Shown: one piece after another, positions 25,311 to 36,900 of the stretch
Layout: each line of letters begins with the position of its first letter
How positions within the stretch are numbered: the stretch's first letter is position 1
From: Raillietiella orientalis
Taxonomy: Eukaryota
Direction: 5' to 3'
Assembly (NCBI GenBank): GCA_036172245.1
Contig: JAYWIR010000051.1
Coordinates: 186,001 to 250,000 of the forward strand
Length of the DNA: 64,000 bases
Notes under the pieces: model-generated
Seen by the model: the letters and a program-made list of their open reading frames with translations, nothing else
Databases searched by the model: none
Told to the model about the DNA's origin: nothing
Program-made: the position numbers and the translations under genes

Positions 25311-25413
25311 TCAGGGGGGGTGGCGGCGGCCCTGAGGATACAGTTGGAGGCGCAGCGAGGGCGCACAAGATGGCAAATCTCCAGCACCATCGGATCTCCG
25401 ATCCGCGACGTCG
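25311..25413. repeat. About 105-bp repeat, inverted partner of 22462-22566
   Basis: Reverse complement aligns with 22462-22566 at roughly three-quarters identity by eye. Confidence 0.75.
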
Positions 25414-28400
25414 CGGAGGCGGGGCGAAACCCACCCCGGCCCCTCGCAGCGCGGGACCACTCTGCCCCCGGACCATCTCCGCGCCCAAGAGAGGGCCGGA
25501 GGGATCTCTCTCCTCATTTCTTCGACCTCGTTTGTTTACCGTCGCGCCCTCTCCCTTGGTCACCCGGATCTAGCGGCACGTCGGGAGACACGCCCTTCTC
25601 TCCATGGGGTACCCCACAGAGAGAAGGCTGCGAGGGGAGGGGGCACCCTATTCTGCGCTTCGATTTGCTCGCCAGGAAGCGAATGCCCCGGGTTGATGCG
25701 CCGCTGCTTGACCTTCCGCTTTGCTGAACTCCCGGAGACCACCCTCGTGGAGCGCACGCGAGGAGAGATGCCGGAAGCCGGAGGCTGGGGTCGGAAATGA
25801 AGTGGTGCCGTCCCCCGCGCCCGTGAGGGTCGGCAGAGACTGTTTCCGACCCCCGGGGCCGTCTGTTCCTTCTTCCCCTCCGCGGGATGCTCGCCAGGCA
25901 GCCGCAGCCCCGACATCACCTCGGGGGCGCTCGGCGAGCGGGGTCTCCGAGTCAGTGTGCCATGGCTTTCCCACTTGCGGGGTGTCCGGTGGACCCCCAG
26001 CTTATCCCTCCCAAACGGACCGACCCTCCCACGCTCGCGCGCTCCGTAGGGTCTGCGGGCCCTAAGTCTCACAAGGATCGCAACCCTGCAGGACGACGAC
26101 GCCCCTCCTTTTCTCGGTCCCGCCGTCCCTCGCCCCCGCACGGCCGCGCGCCTCCGGCACTCTCCGCAGCGGATCGCTCGGATTATGCACGAGCCACCGG
26201 CCGAGCTGCTTTACTCGAGCGCTTCGGGGCGCTGCGCCTGGTACGGGATGGGAGGTGCCGTTCGCCGCGGTGGCGCACCTCCGGGAGAATCAGGCGCCCC
26301 TCTGGGGTGGGCCGAGTTTGCCTGCTCGATTGACGCGTCCACTCTGCCGGATGTGCCGACACGTCCGTTGTGTGGACTCTGTCCACATGTTCGACGGTAT
26401 CGTTCTTGAGGGAGCTGGAAGGAGGTCGAGATGGCACTCTGAGGAAGGGCACGTGCCGCCCAGGGGTGGTGGCCGGGAGCGCGCTTTCCGATCTTGGAGA
26501 AGGAGGGCCGCGTCGTCAAGGTCGCCTTCTCCCGAATGAAGCGTCAATGTAAGAACGGTAGCGCCTCCCGAAACGGGCGGAGGACGGGAGGCCGACGTCT
26601 TCTGACCGCTGCGATGACCTGCTTGGTGCTACCCGAGCGCCACTTTCTCTTCGGGGAATCCCCCACTCTTCGGCAGCGCTCGGAACACAGTGACCAGAGG
26701 GCGCAGAGCAGCAGTGCCCGGTGGTGGAGAACGGGAACAGAGGGAGGGCGTGAAGTGGAGAACAGACGGCCAGCTTCCCCCTTCCCCTCCCCCGGCAAGC
26801 GTGGGGCGCGGAGGAGTTGCCCTCTGCTGATGAAGAGCGGGCAGCACCGTGGGACGGAAGGCGCGCGGGCACCCTTCACCAGATCAGCTTTCTCCTTTCC
26901 CGTTCGGGAGGATCGGCCCCAGAGTCTTCGAAGCGATGAGTCCTGGGAGAACTTCCGTGAGGCTGCCGGGTGCCAGCGGCCACGGGCCGAGAAGCGACAA
27001 AGAGCGCCCCACGACCACCGTTTTCCGCCTTTCGGTGCGGTTTCTCCAGCATTCGGTGTTCCCCAATGACTGGTGTGGCTCCCGCAGGTCCTCGCGCTCC
27101 AGTCATGCTGCGCCATCTGTTCACTGGCTACCAGTTCCAAAGTTCCATGGAAGACGCGAACCGGGTCACTGAGGCACCAGAGGTTCTCTTGTCGCGACCA
27201 ATCAGAGCAGAAAAAGGAAAAAAGAGGGACGATGAATGCCCTTTGAAGGAGGGGGTCGAGGTCGTGCTCTGATGGTGGATTTCTTGTCGAATCCACCGCC
27301 GCGCGAGCGCTCCAAGGAGCGGACAGCATCGGTTGCAGGGAGATGGTGGCGCGACGCGGTGGGAGTGGAGAAACCCACCCTGGGAACCGCGCACCTGACC
27401 CAAGTCATTCGCAACGGGAACGAGTTCGCGCGTGTTTCGCGTCCGGAACCACCTGGTTTGTTCCCCTCTGTCTACGGGGCAGCCCTGTTTTTTTTATTTT
27501 TTCTTCCTGCCGTATTCCATGCTCGCAGCTTCTCAACTCAACGTGACAACCCTCTACAGGGCTGCCCTTTTTTGTGTGTGCGTATCGCTGCACCCGGTTG
27601 ATCTCCCCGCTTGAGCAGGAGTTCCCTGATTTCCCTTCCGCGACAGCGCTCGACGATAAGCAGGGTTGCCCCTGCGTACGCGTGCCCGGCAAAGCGCACC
27701 GCAGGCATGCCGCGACGAAAGCATTTCCTGCGGAAGACGAATGCCAGGTGTTTGCGTTGCGGCTGCGCCGTAGCGCATCGAAAACCCTCTCCGGGAAGGA
27801 TCCGGATTTACTAGGTGCGAGATAAACGCATTTTAATTAAATAATGGTTTGTTAATTAAACATGTAAATGAATACTGATATCTGGATGGCCAGTTTTAAC
27901 GCAGCGAAGCCAAATGTGTACACCGTGGTAAATATAGTGCAGGGCTCCGCATTCGCATAGCAACGGAGAGATGGCGACGGGCGCCCATGGCGTAACGCAG
28001 TAAATCAGCCTTCCCCCCCATACTGCGGTGGATAAATTTCGATGTGTTGTGGTTCAGCGGTTGAGAATTTTTTTTTTTTTTAAAAAAATACTTTTTCCGT
28101 TTGTTTGTTTATTTATTTATTTTTTAAAAAAAAAACGCTTCCATCGCAAGACGTTTTTCAACAGCGTGAATGACGGAGCTGAAACTAGAGAATCGTGTAA
28201 ATTGTTTAAAGATCGAAAGGACTCTAAAAGTGTCTTAAATAATTGATAAAAACTTTCCATTTCTTTTCTTTTTGCTTTAAAGTGGAATAACATTCTACTG
28301 TCATAACGTTCAAAATACATTTTTATACCTTATAAATACCACCGCATTATCCGTGTATAGCTCCCAAGGCTTTCTTCTAATGCCAATTCGCATACATATC

Positions 28401-31400
28401 GCCCTCCTTATACGGGCTCCTAATGTACATGTACATACCTACATAAGATCAGATTAAGTACTTTACAACGACCATCAAATTTTCTCTTCGAAAGCATCCC
28501 TTCCCAATTTCATTGACGAAACGGAAACGTCGCCAAGAGTGTCGGGAAAACCTCCGAACGCCTTGCTGGACGCAGGAATCTTTTTTGGCGAAAGAGCAGC
28601 CAGTGGAAAAAAACATGTCTTTTAATCGGAAGGTCGGTGCAACCTCTGACCAGTGGTGAAACGAACGAACGGCCCTGTGCCTGAGCAGGCAGGTGAGTCG
28701 TGCGACCTCACGGGAAGAGGAGGCTACCCGCCCGTATGGCGATGTGTGTCCGCCGGCTATCACAACGGTTGGATTCATAGCGAAGACACTTTCTTCTCAA
28801 CAGGGTGGCCATAGTGGGAGACCCAGGTGTTTGGTGGCACCTCCGTAAACGACAGGAGGCCAGGTACTCGGAGCGGAGGAAGGCTCGCGCCGTTTGGGCA
28901 GCACCTTGCACCCTCCTCCTTCCTTCCATCCCCCTCCCTCCTCCCCGTCCTTCTCCTCCCACAATCGTCCCATTCCTCAAAGGGTCGGACACGAATTTGG
29001 GCTCTCCATCGCGTAGCATCCGGAACCGGATCTGCCGACTGGAGGATCCAGTTTGCGATTTCGGGCTCGCGCTGCGGAACCACCTCCTCGCATCGATGAA
29101 AGGAAGGAATCTTGAGGATTGAGGTTGCTGCTGAGGAAAGAGCACGAGCCGCCGAAGAGCACGAGACAGAGGGAGCTGGAGCGATGCTTACTGCAGACAG
29201 CTCTGATGGCGCCGCAGAGGTGCTGGGAAAATCGAGAAGCAGAGAGAGTCAGCCATCGGCTGCGTCAGTGCCCCGTCGGTAGGTCGGCCTTCCAGGGAGG
29301 ACGTACAACCCCAGCCCAGGTCGGATGCATAGAGGGCAGGGAAGACAAACCCGAAGATGCGGGAAAGCTCCAGGGTATTCTGGATCCGACATGAGCTGGG
29401 CATCCTCTTAATTTTCAATGAGCTGGAATCCAAGGAGCAGGTTCTTGAAAAAAGTCGTTTCCTCTCGCCTCGGTTGGGTTTGGGGAACAATCCGGGAAGA
29501 AACAGGGTGCATGCGGCAACTTTTGGAAAAGGTGGAGGATGGATGTGATTCCTAGAGGACGAAAGTTCCAGACCTCTATGATAGTTCTGGGCGCTGGCGC
29601 AGCCGGACACTCCAGCATCAAAAGCGGCTCGCGATCTCCAGGGGAACTGACGGACATATCTCTAGATATCTGCACCATCCCGGGGATTTCTGGACTCGAA
29701 CAATATGGAGGGGTCTCTCTCACCAGTCTCTCTTCGCGCGTGCAGTGAGGGAGGGCAGGGGAAAGCTTGGGCCACTGGCTGCTACGACAGTGGCTCCAGC
29801 TTCAAAAAAAAGAAAAGCCCCTAAAAGTTTCAAGAGGGAGAAGGAGTTTCTCCCAATACAACACGAAACTGGACAAAGTCAGACCCGCCGCGCGTGCACT
29901 TACAGAGCAGTGCGGTCCATAAAGAGTCGGAGGTCCTCATTTTTTACGACAAGAGTGATGCGAAAGCTGACTAAAAGAAGACGAGTACCTTGGACTCCGA
30001 AGACCACCGTGTTCTTCAACGTCTCACTCTTCGGCTTCAGGAAAAGGCTGCCTTTTTCTATGATATGCATCGATTCTCTGATCTGCCGACTGATTTGCAG
30101 TGACCCATCTCGATGACACGACAGCTGCACATAAAATGGGGGATCCAAGCTTGGATAGGACAGAAAACCTGAACGAAAGGTCATTTCCGCATCGAGAGAG
30201 AGAATTCATTCAGCATCCACACCTTTCTTTCTTGCTAATGCAATGAGCAATCAAAATAGGTGAGGTCGTTTTCTTGTATGTAAACTAATTGGCGTAAGCT
30301 CGTGAGTAGAGGTGTTCCACGCTCTTCTCCGTGCACATTAACTGATGGGGCTGCACATGTAAACCGATAGGCAGAGCATCCTCGTCTTTCCCTGAAGTAA
30401 TGCTCAGACCACAGCTCTCAGAACTTGCATACAATCGAAGAAGGCTGTATATCAAAAATGGGAGGATCACGTATATCAGATGTCATTTCTGTTTAATTTA
30501 AACGCTGTCTTGAAGAGCAGCCTTGCAAAGAAATTGCCTGGTGTTTCTAAGGAAGTTTCGATTCCTCAATGCTTGCGTAAGTCACAATTTTTCATTTAGC
30601 TTAGACGTTTATGCATAATCGCGCTGTAGTGTTTCCACTTCAGCCATCTTTCAGATTTATTGCCCAGTTTAAAATGAAGTATTTGCAACTATGAATTTCA
30701 AATCGTTGGTTTAAACTAAAGACAAATTGAAATTAAGCATTAGTTTCTAAATAATTCAATAAGTGTTTAATTTCACATCATAATTTCATTTATGGTTTTC
30801 AATTATCATAATATGATTAATAGAACAAATTCAAATAGCTTTGAATAAGATATCAAGAAGGATCACTGAAGTGAAAAAAAAATCGTAATCAAGATTTGTC
30901 AGCATGGAATGTTTTTTTTGTCCATGCTGGAATATGGTGTCTGCTTTCAATCAGAAGATGGAATCATTTCAGCTAACTACTTTTCTGATCCCATGCTTTA
31001 TGCTCACTCAGATTCTTTCCTCTTTTCCTCTTACATCTCAGCGTGAGTTTTAGAATTTACAAATTTTAATTGCACTTTGCCATCCCTTGGGAGATGCCCA
31101 GCCATTCGCCTTTTTAAAGAATAGTTTCAAATCTACGTTTTAGCTTCTCAAAAGCAGATGTGTGATAAGTGAGCATTCGATAAAGACAGTTTTTATTTAT
31201 TGGATGCTCACAATAAATAATGCATTCCTTTAAGAACAAATTTTTTTTAAAAGGAATAAGTTTGATGACTCCCATGGCAACCTTAGAAACAGCTTGAAAG
31301 AGCTGTACAATGATGGTATGTATGAACATCTTACAAGAACCAGTGCTGAGGATGCGTGCTAAGTGCGAATTACTTCGTCCGAATTCTTGATGATTTGATG

Positions 31401-32893
31401 AAAAAAAATAAGGAAACTCAGTTAGTGTAAAAAAAATTTTCTTCAAAAACATTCAAACTATTTCTACAAAACTATTGTAAAACTCTTCCAACTGGGTCTG
31501 ATTCTGCACGCCAGTTAGGTGAGAGTTCACGGCCGATGTCTCTGTAGCTCAAAGCTCCCGAAAGTTATGTAGCTTATGAAGTTTCCGGCTCACTTTGCAT
31601 CCAATTAAATTCACGACATTGGTAAATGCCTCAGAAACAGTCAAACGAACTATCAAATCCAAGCAGGGCTATTCGATCATTACAGTGAGCGTTTCAGAAT
31701 CGAAAATACAGGTCTCATATGAAACATTTATCAAGTTGAAATGGAGAGATTATAAGGTGGTGTCTTTTTTTTTATCAATCGGATCTGAAAACACTCCGTT
31801 TTATGCAATTGTAATTCTCGTGTTCAGCGCAAACATTAGATTATTTCGTTTCCATTTGTAGAAAATACTGTGCTGATTCTACCTCACTTATTTATTGTAC
31901 TTTTTTTCATTTTACACATTCTAAAAACCTTGGTTCCATAAGATTAAGGCACATAAGATTGGCAAACATTTATTCATCAATGGAATCGTTATTAAGGAAA
32001 CTGAATTCTGCTATGTTTTATGTGATGACAACTAATTTAAAAACCCAGAGACATCCACGATTTAGACAGACACAATTGCCTTCAGAGAAAAATTTTACTA
32101 CAATGAAAAGAAGCTTCGATGTTGAAGTGGTGGAGATTCTTGTATTCATATTGCTCTTCACATAGTACTAATAATAATCTTTGAATGATTCTTAGGAATT
32201 ATTATTATATTGACAAGAAATCAATACTTTGCAAAGATTACTTTGAATAGCTGATAGTGAATTTATATAATTTGTAGGGATTCAAGTATTTCCAAATAGA
32301 ATCATATGTCATGTTCACAAGGTAAGCTGCACGAGGTTGTAAAGACTAGGAACGGTTTTAAAATTACTAAGTTGACAATGAAGGTGCCGAAACAAATCAA
32401 AACCTACAAATATTCAAAAAAAGGAAAAAAAAGCGTAGTAAGAAGGTGAACACCAATAATCAATAAGAGAAGTAATAAAAATATTTTGAATTTTTATTAT
32501 TTTGATCCGTTTTCTAAAGAGTAGTCTACATGGAATCACATTTAGAACGTGTTACATATGGACTTCCTAAAAAAACACACATATTTTTTTTTCCGTTGGT
32601 ATCCCTTGTGCTGTGCTTCGAATTGTTGCATATGACGAACTCTTCAAGGTGTCAGTGTATGAACTTTGCAGGAATGTGGTAGATTCCTTTTCAATAATCG
32701 TGTGTGAGAGTCTTTGTATTTGCAAACATGAATCCGTTTATGTGTTTAGCTCCAGAATTTCGCTCATCCTGAAGATTTATTTGAGTTATCGAGTAAGCGT
32801 TTAATAGGTACAGGCTAAACGTATTTTGTTTTTTCTATCGTTGAATAGCATAGAATAATAATGTGCGAGTAAGAACATTTAGCGTTTCAATAT

Positions 32894-33948
32894 ATGAGAG
32901 TTACACTGACACTATGTTACATGTTTATCATTCTGAAGATTTGTGATGAATCACAACATGCAAGCAAACTGGGTAAGTGAAGTTTTACGTTGTTGCTGAA
33001 GTGGTTGAGTACTTTTTGTGTAGGTGGCAGATACTTTTTGTTTCGGAACTCGGTAAAGCCTGAATAAGAGTATGCAATATTAGACATATGTAAAAAAAAC
33101 TCATACGCAATGCCCATAATTGTATCCAATAAATACAAACACTTGTTATGAGTTTTCAGTTGTTAACTCTTACTAATTTTAGCACATGAAGGAGATCGCT
33201 CCCATTCTTCACATTCAGTGAATGCAGAAACTACATCGAAAAGTGTGAAACCTGAAGAAGAAAATAAAACTCTCCTATTTTCACCAGTAAGTCTGTTGAT
33301 AAAGATCCATTATGAATAGATTGTAATCTAACGATTGTATTAGTTGGGACAATTGCGTAAAAATATAACAAGCAATTCTCATACATTATCTTAATTTTTT
33401 TGCAGGCTATATCATCTGTATGTAAAACCAATGTAAATTGTTCTGACCTCCCAGCTGATTGCCTGCAGTGTGAATGGAATAGCAGCTGTGTATATGGAGA
33501 ACCATTAAATGTCACTTGTCAACCCTTACCAGAAGTTGAGTGCATTGGAAACTATTCACATCAGCGTTGGATGCTATGTCGATACTGTTATCAAACAGAT
33601 CTTTGGGAGCATGTGTGTCAGGGCAAAGCAGATTGCCATTCTGCAATGTCACCTCGTCAGTATTACCGAGCTAATTGTAGTGTGTTAGCACATATTGTGT
33701 GCATGGGGAATCGAGTCTTTTTCAAGAAGTTACCATGCAATTGGACTAATGGATATAGCTATTGGAAAGCTTTATTGCTGAGTATAGTTGCAGGAGGATT
33801 TGGGGCTGATAGGTTTTATCTGGGATATTGGCAAGAAGGTGTAGGGAAGCTTTTCAGTTTTGGTGGGCTGGGTTTGTGGACATTATTGGATATTTTACTT
33901 ATTGCTCTTCAGTACTTGAAACCAGCTGATGGTTCATTATATATTTAG
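32894..33948 (+). CDS. amx: TM2 domain-containing protein 3 / almondex, 241 aa; exons 32894-32972, 33183-33286, 33406-33948
   Basis: Signal-peptide-like MRVTLTLCYMFIILKIC. Cys-rich ectodomain (CSDLPADCLQC..CVYGEP..CRYCYQT..YYRANC) and TM2 domain CNWTNGYSYWKALLLSIVAGGFGADRFYLGYWQEGVGKLFSFGGLGLWTLLD..PADGSLYI*. GT-AG introns with consistent phases (79+104+543 nt). First two exons are less certain than the last. Confidence 0.93.
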
Positions 33949-36900
33949 CCATTCTAATGATGAGTTGTTTAGGTTCAAGCATTAGCATCAGAAGTGCAAT
34001 AATACTTGTTATTTGACTTTTATCAGGAACGATAGAATCAAAATTCTGAAGTTGAGAGGTGCAAGTAGAAAATTCGTAGTAGTATTTACTAAATAGCTGA
34101 TTGGAGAGTTACAGTGTGAAAACTAATTTTGGGATCTAGCAACATCATTTTGAGACCAGCGAAAGAGTAGGGAAGATTATGTCAAGTATATGAATTCTAT
34201 AGTTTAGAAGTGTTAGGACTTGCCAGAATATGAATAATATTAATCTGAAACTGTGTAGTTCATGCCAAACATGAAATGCAAATTTCAGAACTGTGTTGTG
34301 CCTAACTGTTTGTTATTCATTTTATGCAAGCAGCTAATGTGCTAACATATATATATATTTACAATAAAATGCCAAAATTTCCCTTATCCAGCATTAGAGA
34401 TGATATATAAATGCAAATGGAATTTCAGGTAGAGCATCCCCTAATTGTCAAAGAATCCTTTTATTGAGGACTGGTTTATTTTATATAACATGAATTAGCA
34501 AGTCCAAAATTGCTTTGTATGTGCACTTCAAATATTCACACAGGTCTCACAAATAACTAATGTTTAATTCATTGGTAGCAAAACAACAACAAAAAAACAG
34601 CAGTGTAGAACAGAGAGAGCATTTTGATATCAAAGTGGAAATAAAATGAGTCTTTTTATGGTGTATTAAGTTGGAATTTTTGAAATCAAGGGCTTTTCGT
34701 TTCAGACAGCCATTCCATTCCATCAGGAGATTATAAGGTGCATACAAATGAAACCTATAAGTCTGGATACAACATAATTGGTTTTTGAGAAATCCATGCC
34801 TTGACCAAAAACGTTTCATTTCAAGAAAGCAAGATGCAATGTGTCATTATAAGTTGTGAGGTGCCATAACATGTGTGCGCTTTTTCTTGTACAGGTTTAC
34901 TTGTTTAGTATTTCTGCTTCTGCCTGCCAATTGCCTCAGGAACAAACTTCGTTTCGCAGTTTTGTCCTTTTGCTCCCTTGGCTATGTTCATCTAGGTATA
35001 TTTGTTTGTAACAGGTTTGCAGGACCAATTCCAATTGACATTAAGTTGCTGGTTGTCAATCACCTTAATTGTATACTTGTGCAGCAGCAGAATTGAATTC
35101 CTCTAACATTTTAGGGTTTTCAACCAAATTGCTCTGATAATCACTGTTGAAAAGTTGAAAAATCCACATTCTTGAACAGCATGTGTCCACTAATTAGAGA
35201 ATTAACTTTCTCATAAGCTTTGGCAGTTTCTGCATCCCCGACTCCAGCTGAATGCACATGTGAAAGTCAATTTCCTAATGAGTGCGCGGCGAATCGTTCT
35301 CTCCAATCTAAATGTCGAAAAAGTAAATTGTCAGAACAGTCATCCGAAAAAGGATAACCGGAGCAACAGCCGGAATAATAATGCGGTTCCAACGAGCAGG
35401 ATTTTATGAGTCTTCGATTCTGGTTCCACGCCGACACATCATTACACTGAAAAGTTTAGGAAATTTCCTGTGCACCAATCAAATCCACCCCAGTTAGGAG
35501 CGTTCCCATGCCGGTCAAACAGTGCACCCCCACTCTTCGGCCAGTTTACGAAGAAAAGGTTCTGAAACCATCTGGTTGGCTGTTGGCGTGAAATTTCGGT
35601 CACATAAAGAAAAGTGACGCATAATTCTTTCGCCTTAAAGAAAATTTTGGCCCTGAGAATCCTGCACATGTGCTTTAATCATGATTCTGTACTCTGATCT
35701 CTTCTGCTTCCCGTTTTGCCCTATCTGGAAGCCTACTTGAAAAGCGATGAAGGGCGATAAGTCATGAGATCTATATCCGATAAAATACCAGGTTGATACG
35801 TACATGGTGCTCAGGGGCAGAAGATGGTTTCGACCAAGATCTCGAAAACTGCATGCAGACGCAAGCACTCCGACATCGCCCGTCGGATACGTGATAAATC
35901 GCGGACTTTCCATCACTACAGTTCTGCAGGTGGTCCATGTGGAAGAGCCTCAAGTTGAAAGCCTTCCTTCGAATGTTCGGTTCTAGCGGGTGGCAGAAAA
36001 ATGCCGCTTCCTTCGGACCGTTTTTGTTGTACGGTCAGGCGTTCATTGCGGGTTGGGTGCATTTGATAGTATGTCTCACTTGCAAACATCCTCAAGATCG
36101 CGCGCAGAAGGTCCCCCAACCGCCCAAAAACATGAGTACGGATAAGAGACGGTTGCTGGGGAACGTATTTCCACGACAAAAACAAAGGCCTAACTGGTGG
36201 AGGGATAGTTCCGGAAGACGAAGCTTCGGGTTCGCCACTGAGTGTCTGAAAGCACGAAGCAAAGGTTGTGGCGGACGCATAAATCATCTCCGCCACTCGG
36301 AGAGGAACACACTCGACTTGAGGCACCTCACCGGCGCGATGAAGGGAGGCGCGCCTGGGCGCCTGTCCGGTCCTTCTCCGCGAGGCAGTTATTGGATGGT
36401 TCTCGCTGTGATTTGAAAGGTGCTTTTCCGAGTTCGAATGATGAGTGTTCCCTCCGTTTGCTTTTGCCTGAAATTAAAATGCAGATGGTGATTTATAGTA
36501 GATGATAAAGAACGTACCCGGAGCCCGCACGTCTAGTGGCATTCCTCTAATAGCTTTCGGGGAGCCGTTCCCATTGCTCACTGGAAAGAAGTTGGTCCCC
36601 ATTGTGCTTGGGCTGCAGTCTCTTTTAAGGAGATCGGTAGCAGAATGCAGTTTTTGCTTAAATTTCTGTCCATCCCGTTTTTTCCGCGAAAGCAAAAGCA
36701 CTGAAGGATAAAGGAGGATGTTTTTAAAAATTCCGTTTAATCCCCGAAGTACAGTAGCACCTTGGACATACCAAGTTGAAAGCGAGACGGTGATTGGGAA
36801 GGAAGCCCCACCAGCCTACGCATTAAAGAGTTTCGATCAGCATTCAAGGAGAGTAACTGTATTTTTATATTCGTTCTTTTCCGTAGAGAGAATGCAAAAC

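Noticed and set aside
19100..27800. Many overlapping 150-460 aa ORFs on both strands (e.g. 21070-22182, 21548-22843, 23077-24471, 24594-25727)
   Set aside because: No recognisable domains and low-complexity R/P/G/A composition. They are antisense or off-frame shadows of FucTA or of GC-rich intron and intergenic DNA.
28500..30200. Moderate-GC block that may be a decayed transposon
   Set aside because: No diagnostic motif, terminal repeat or second copy could be identified by eye.
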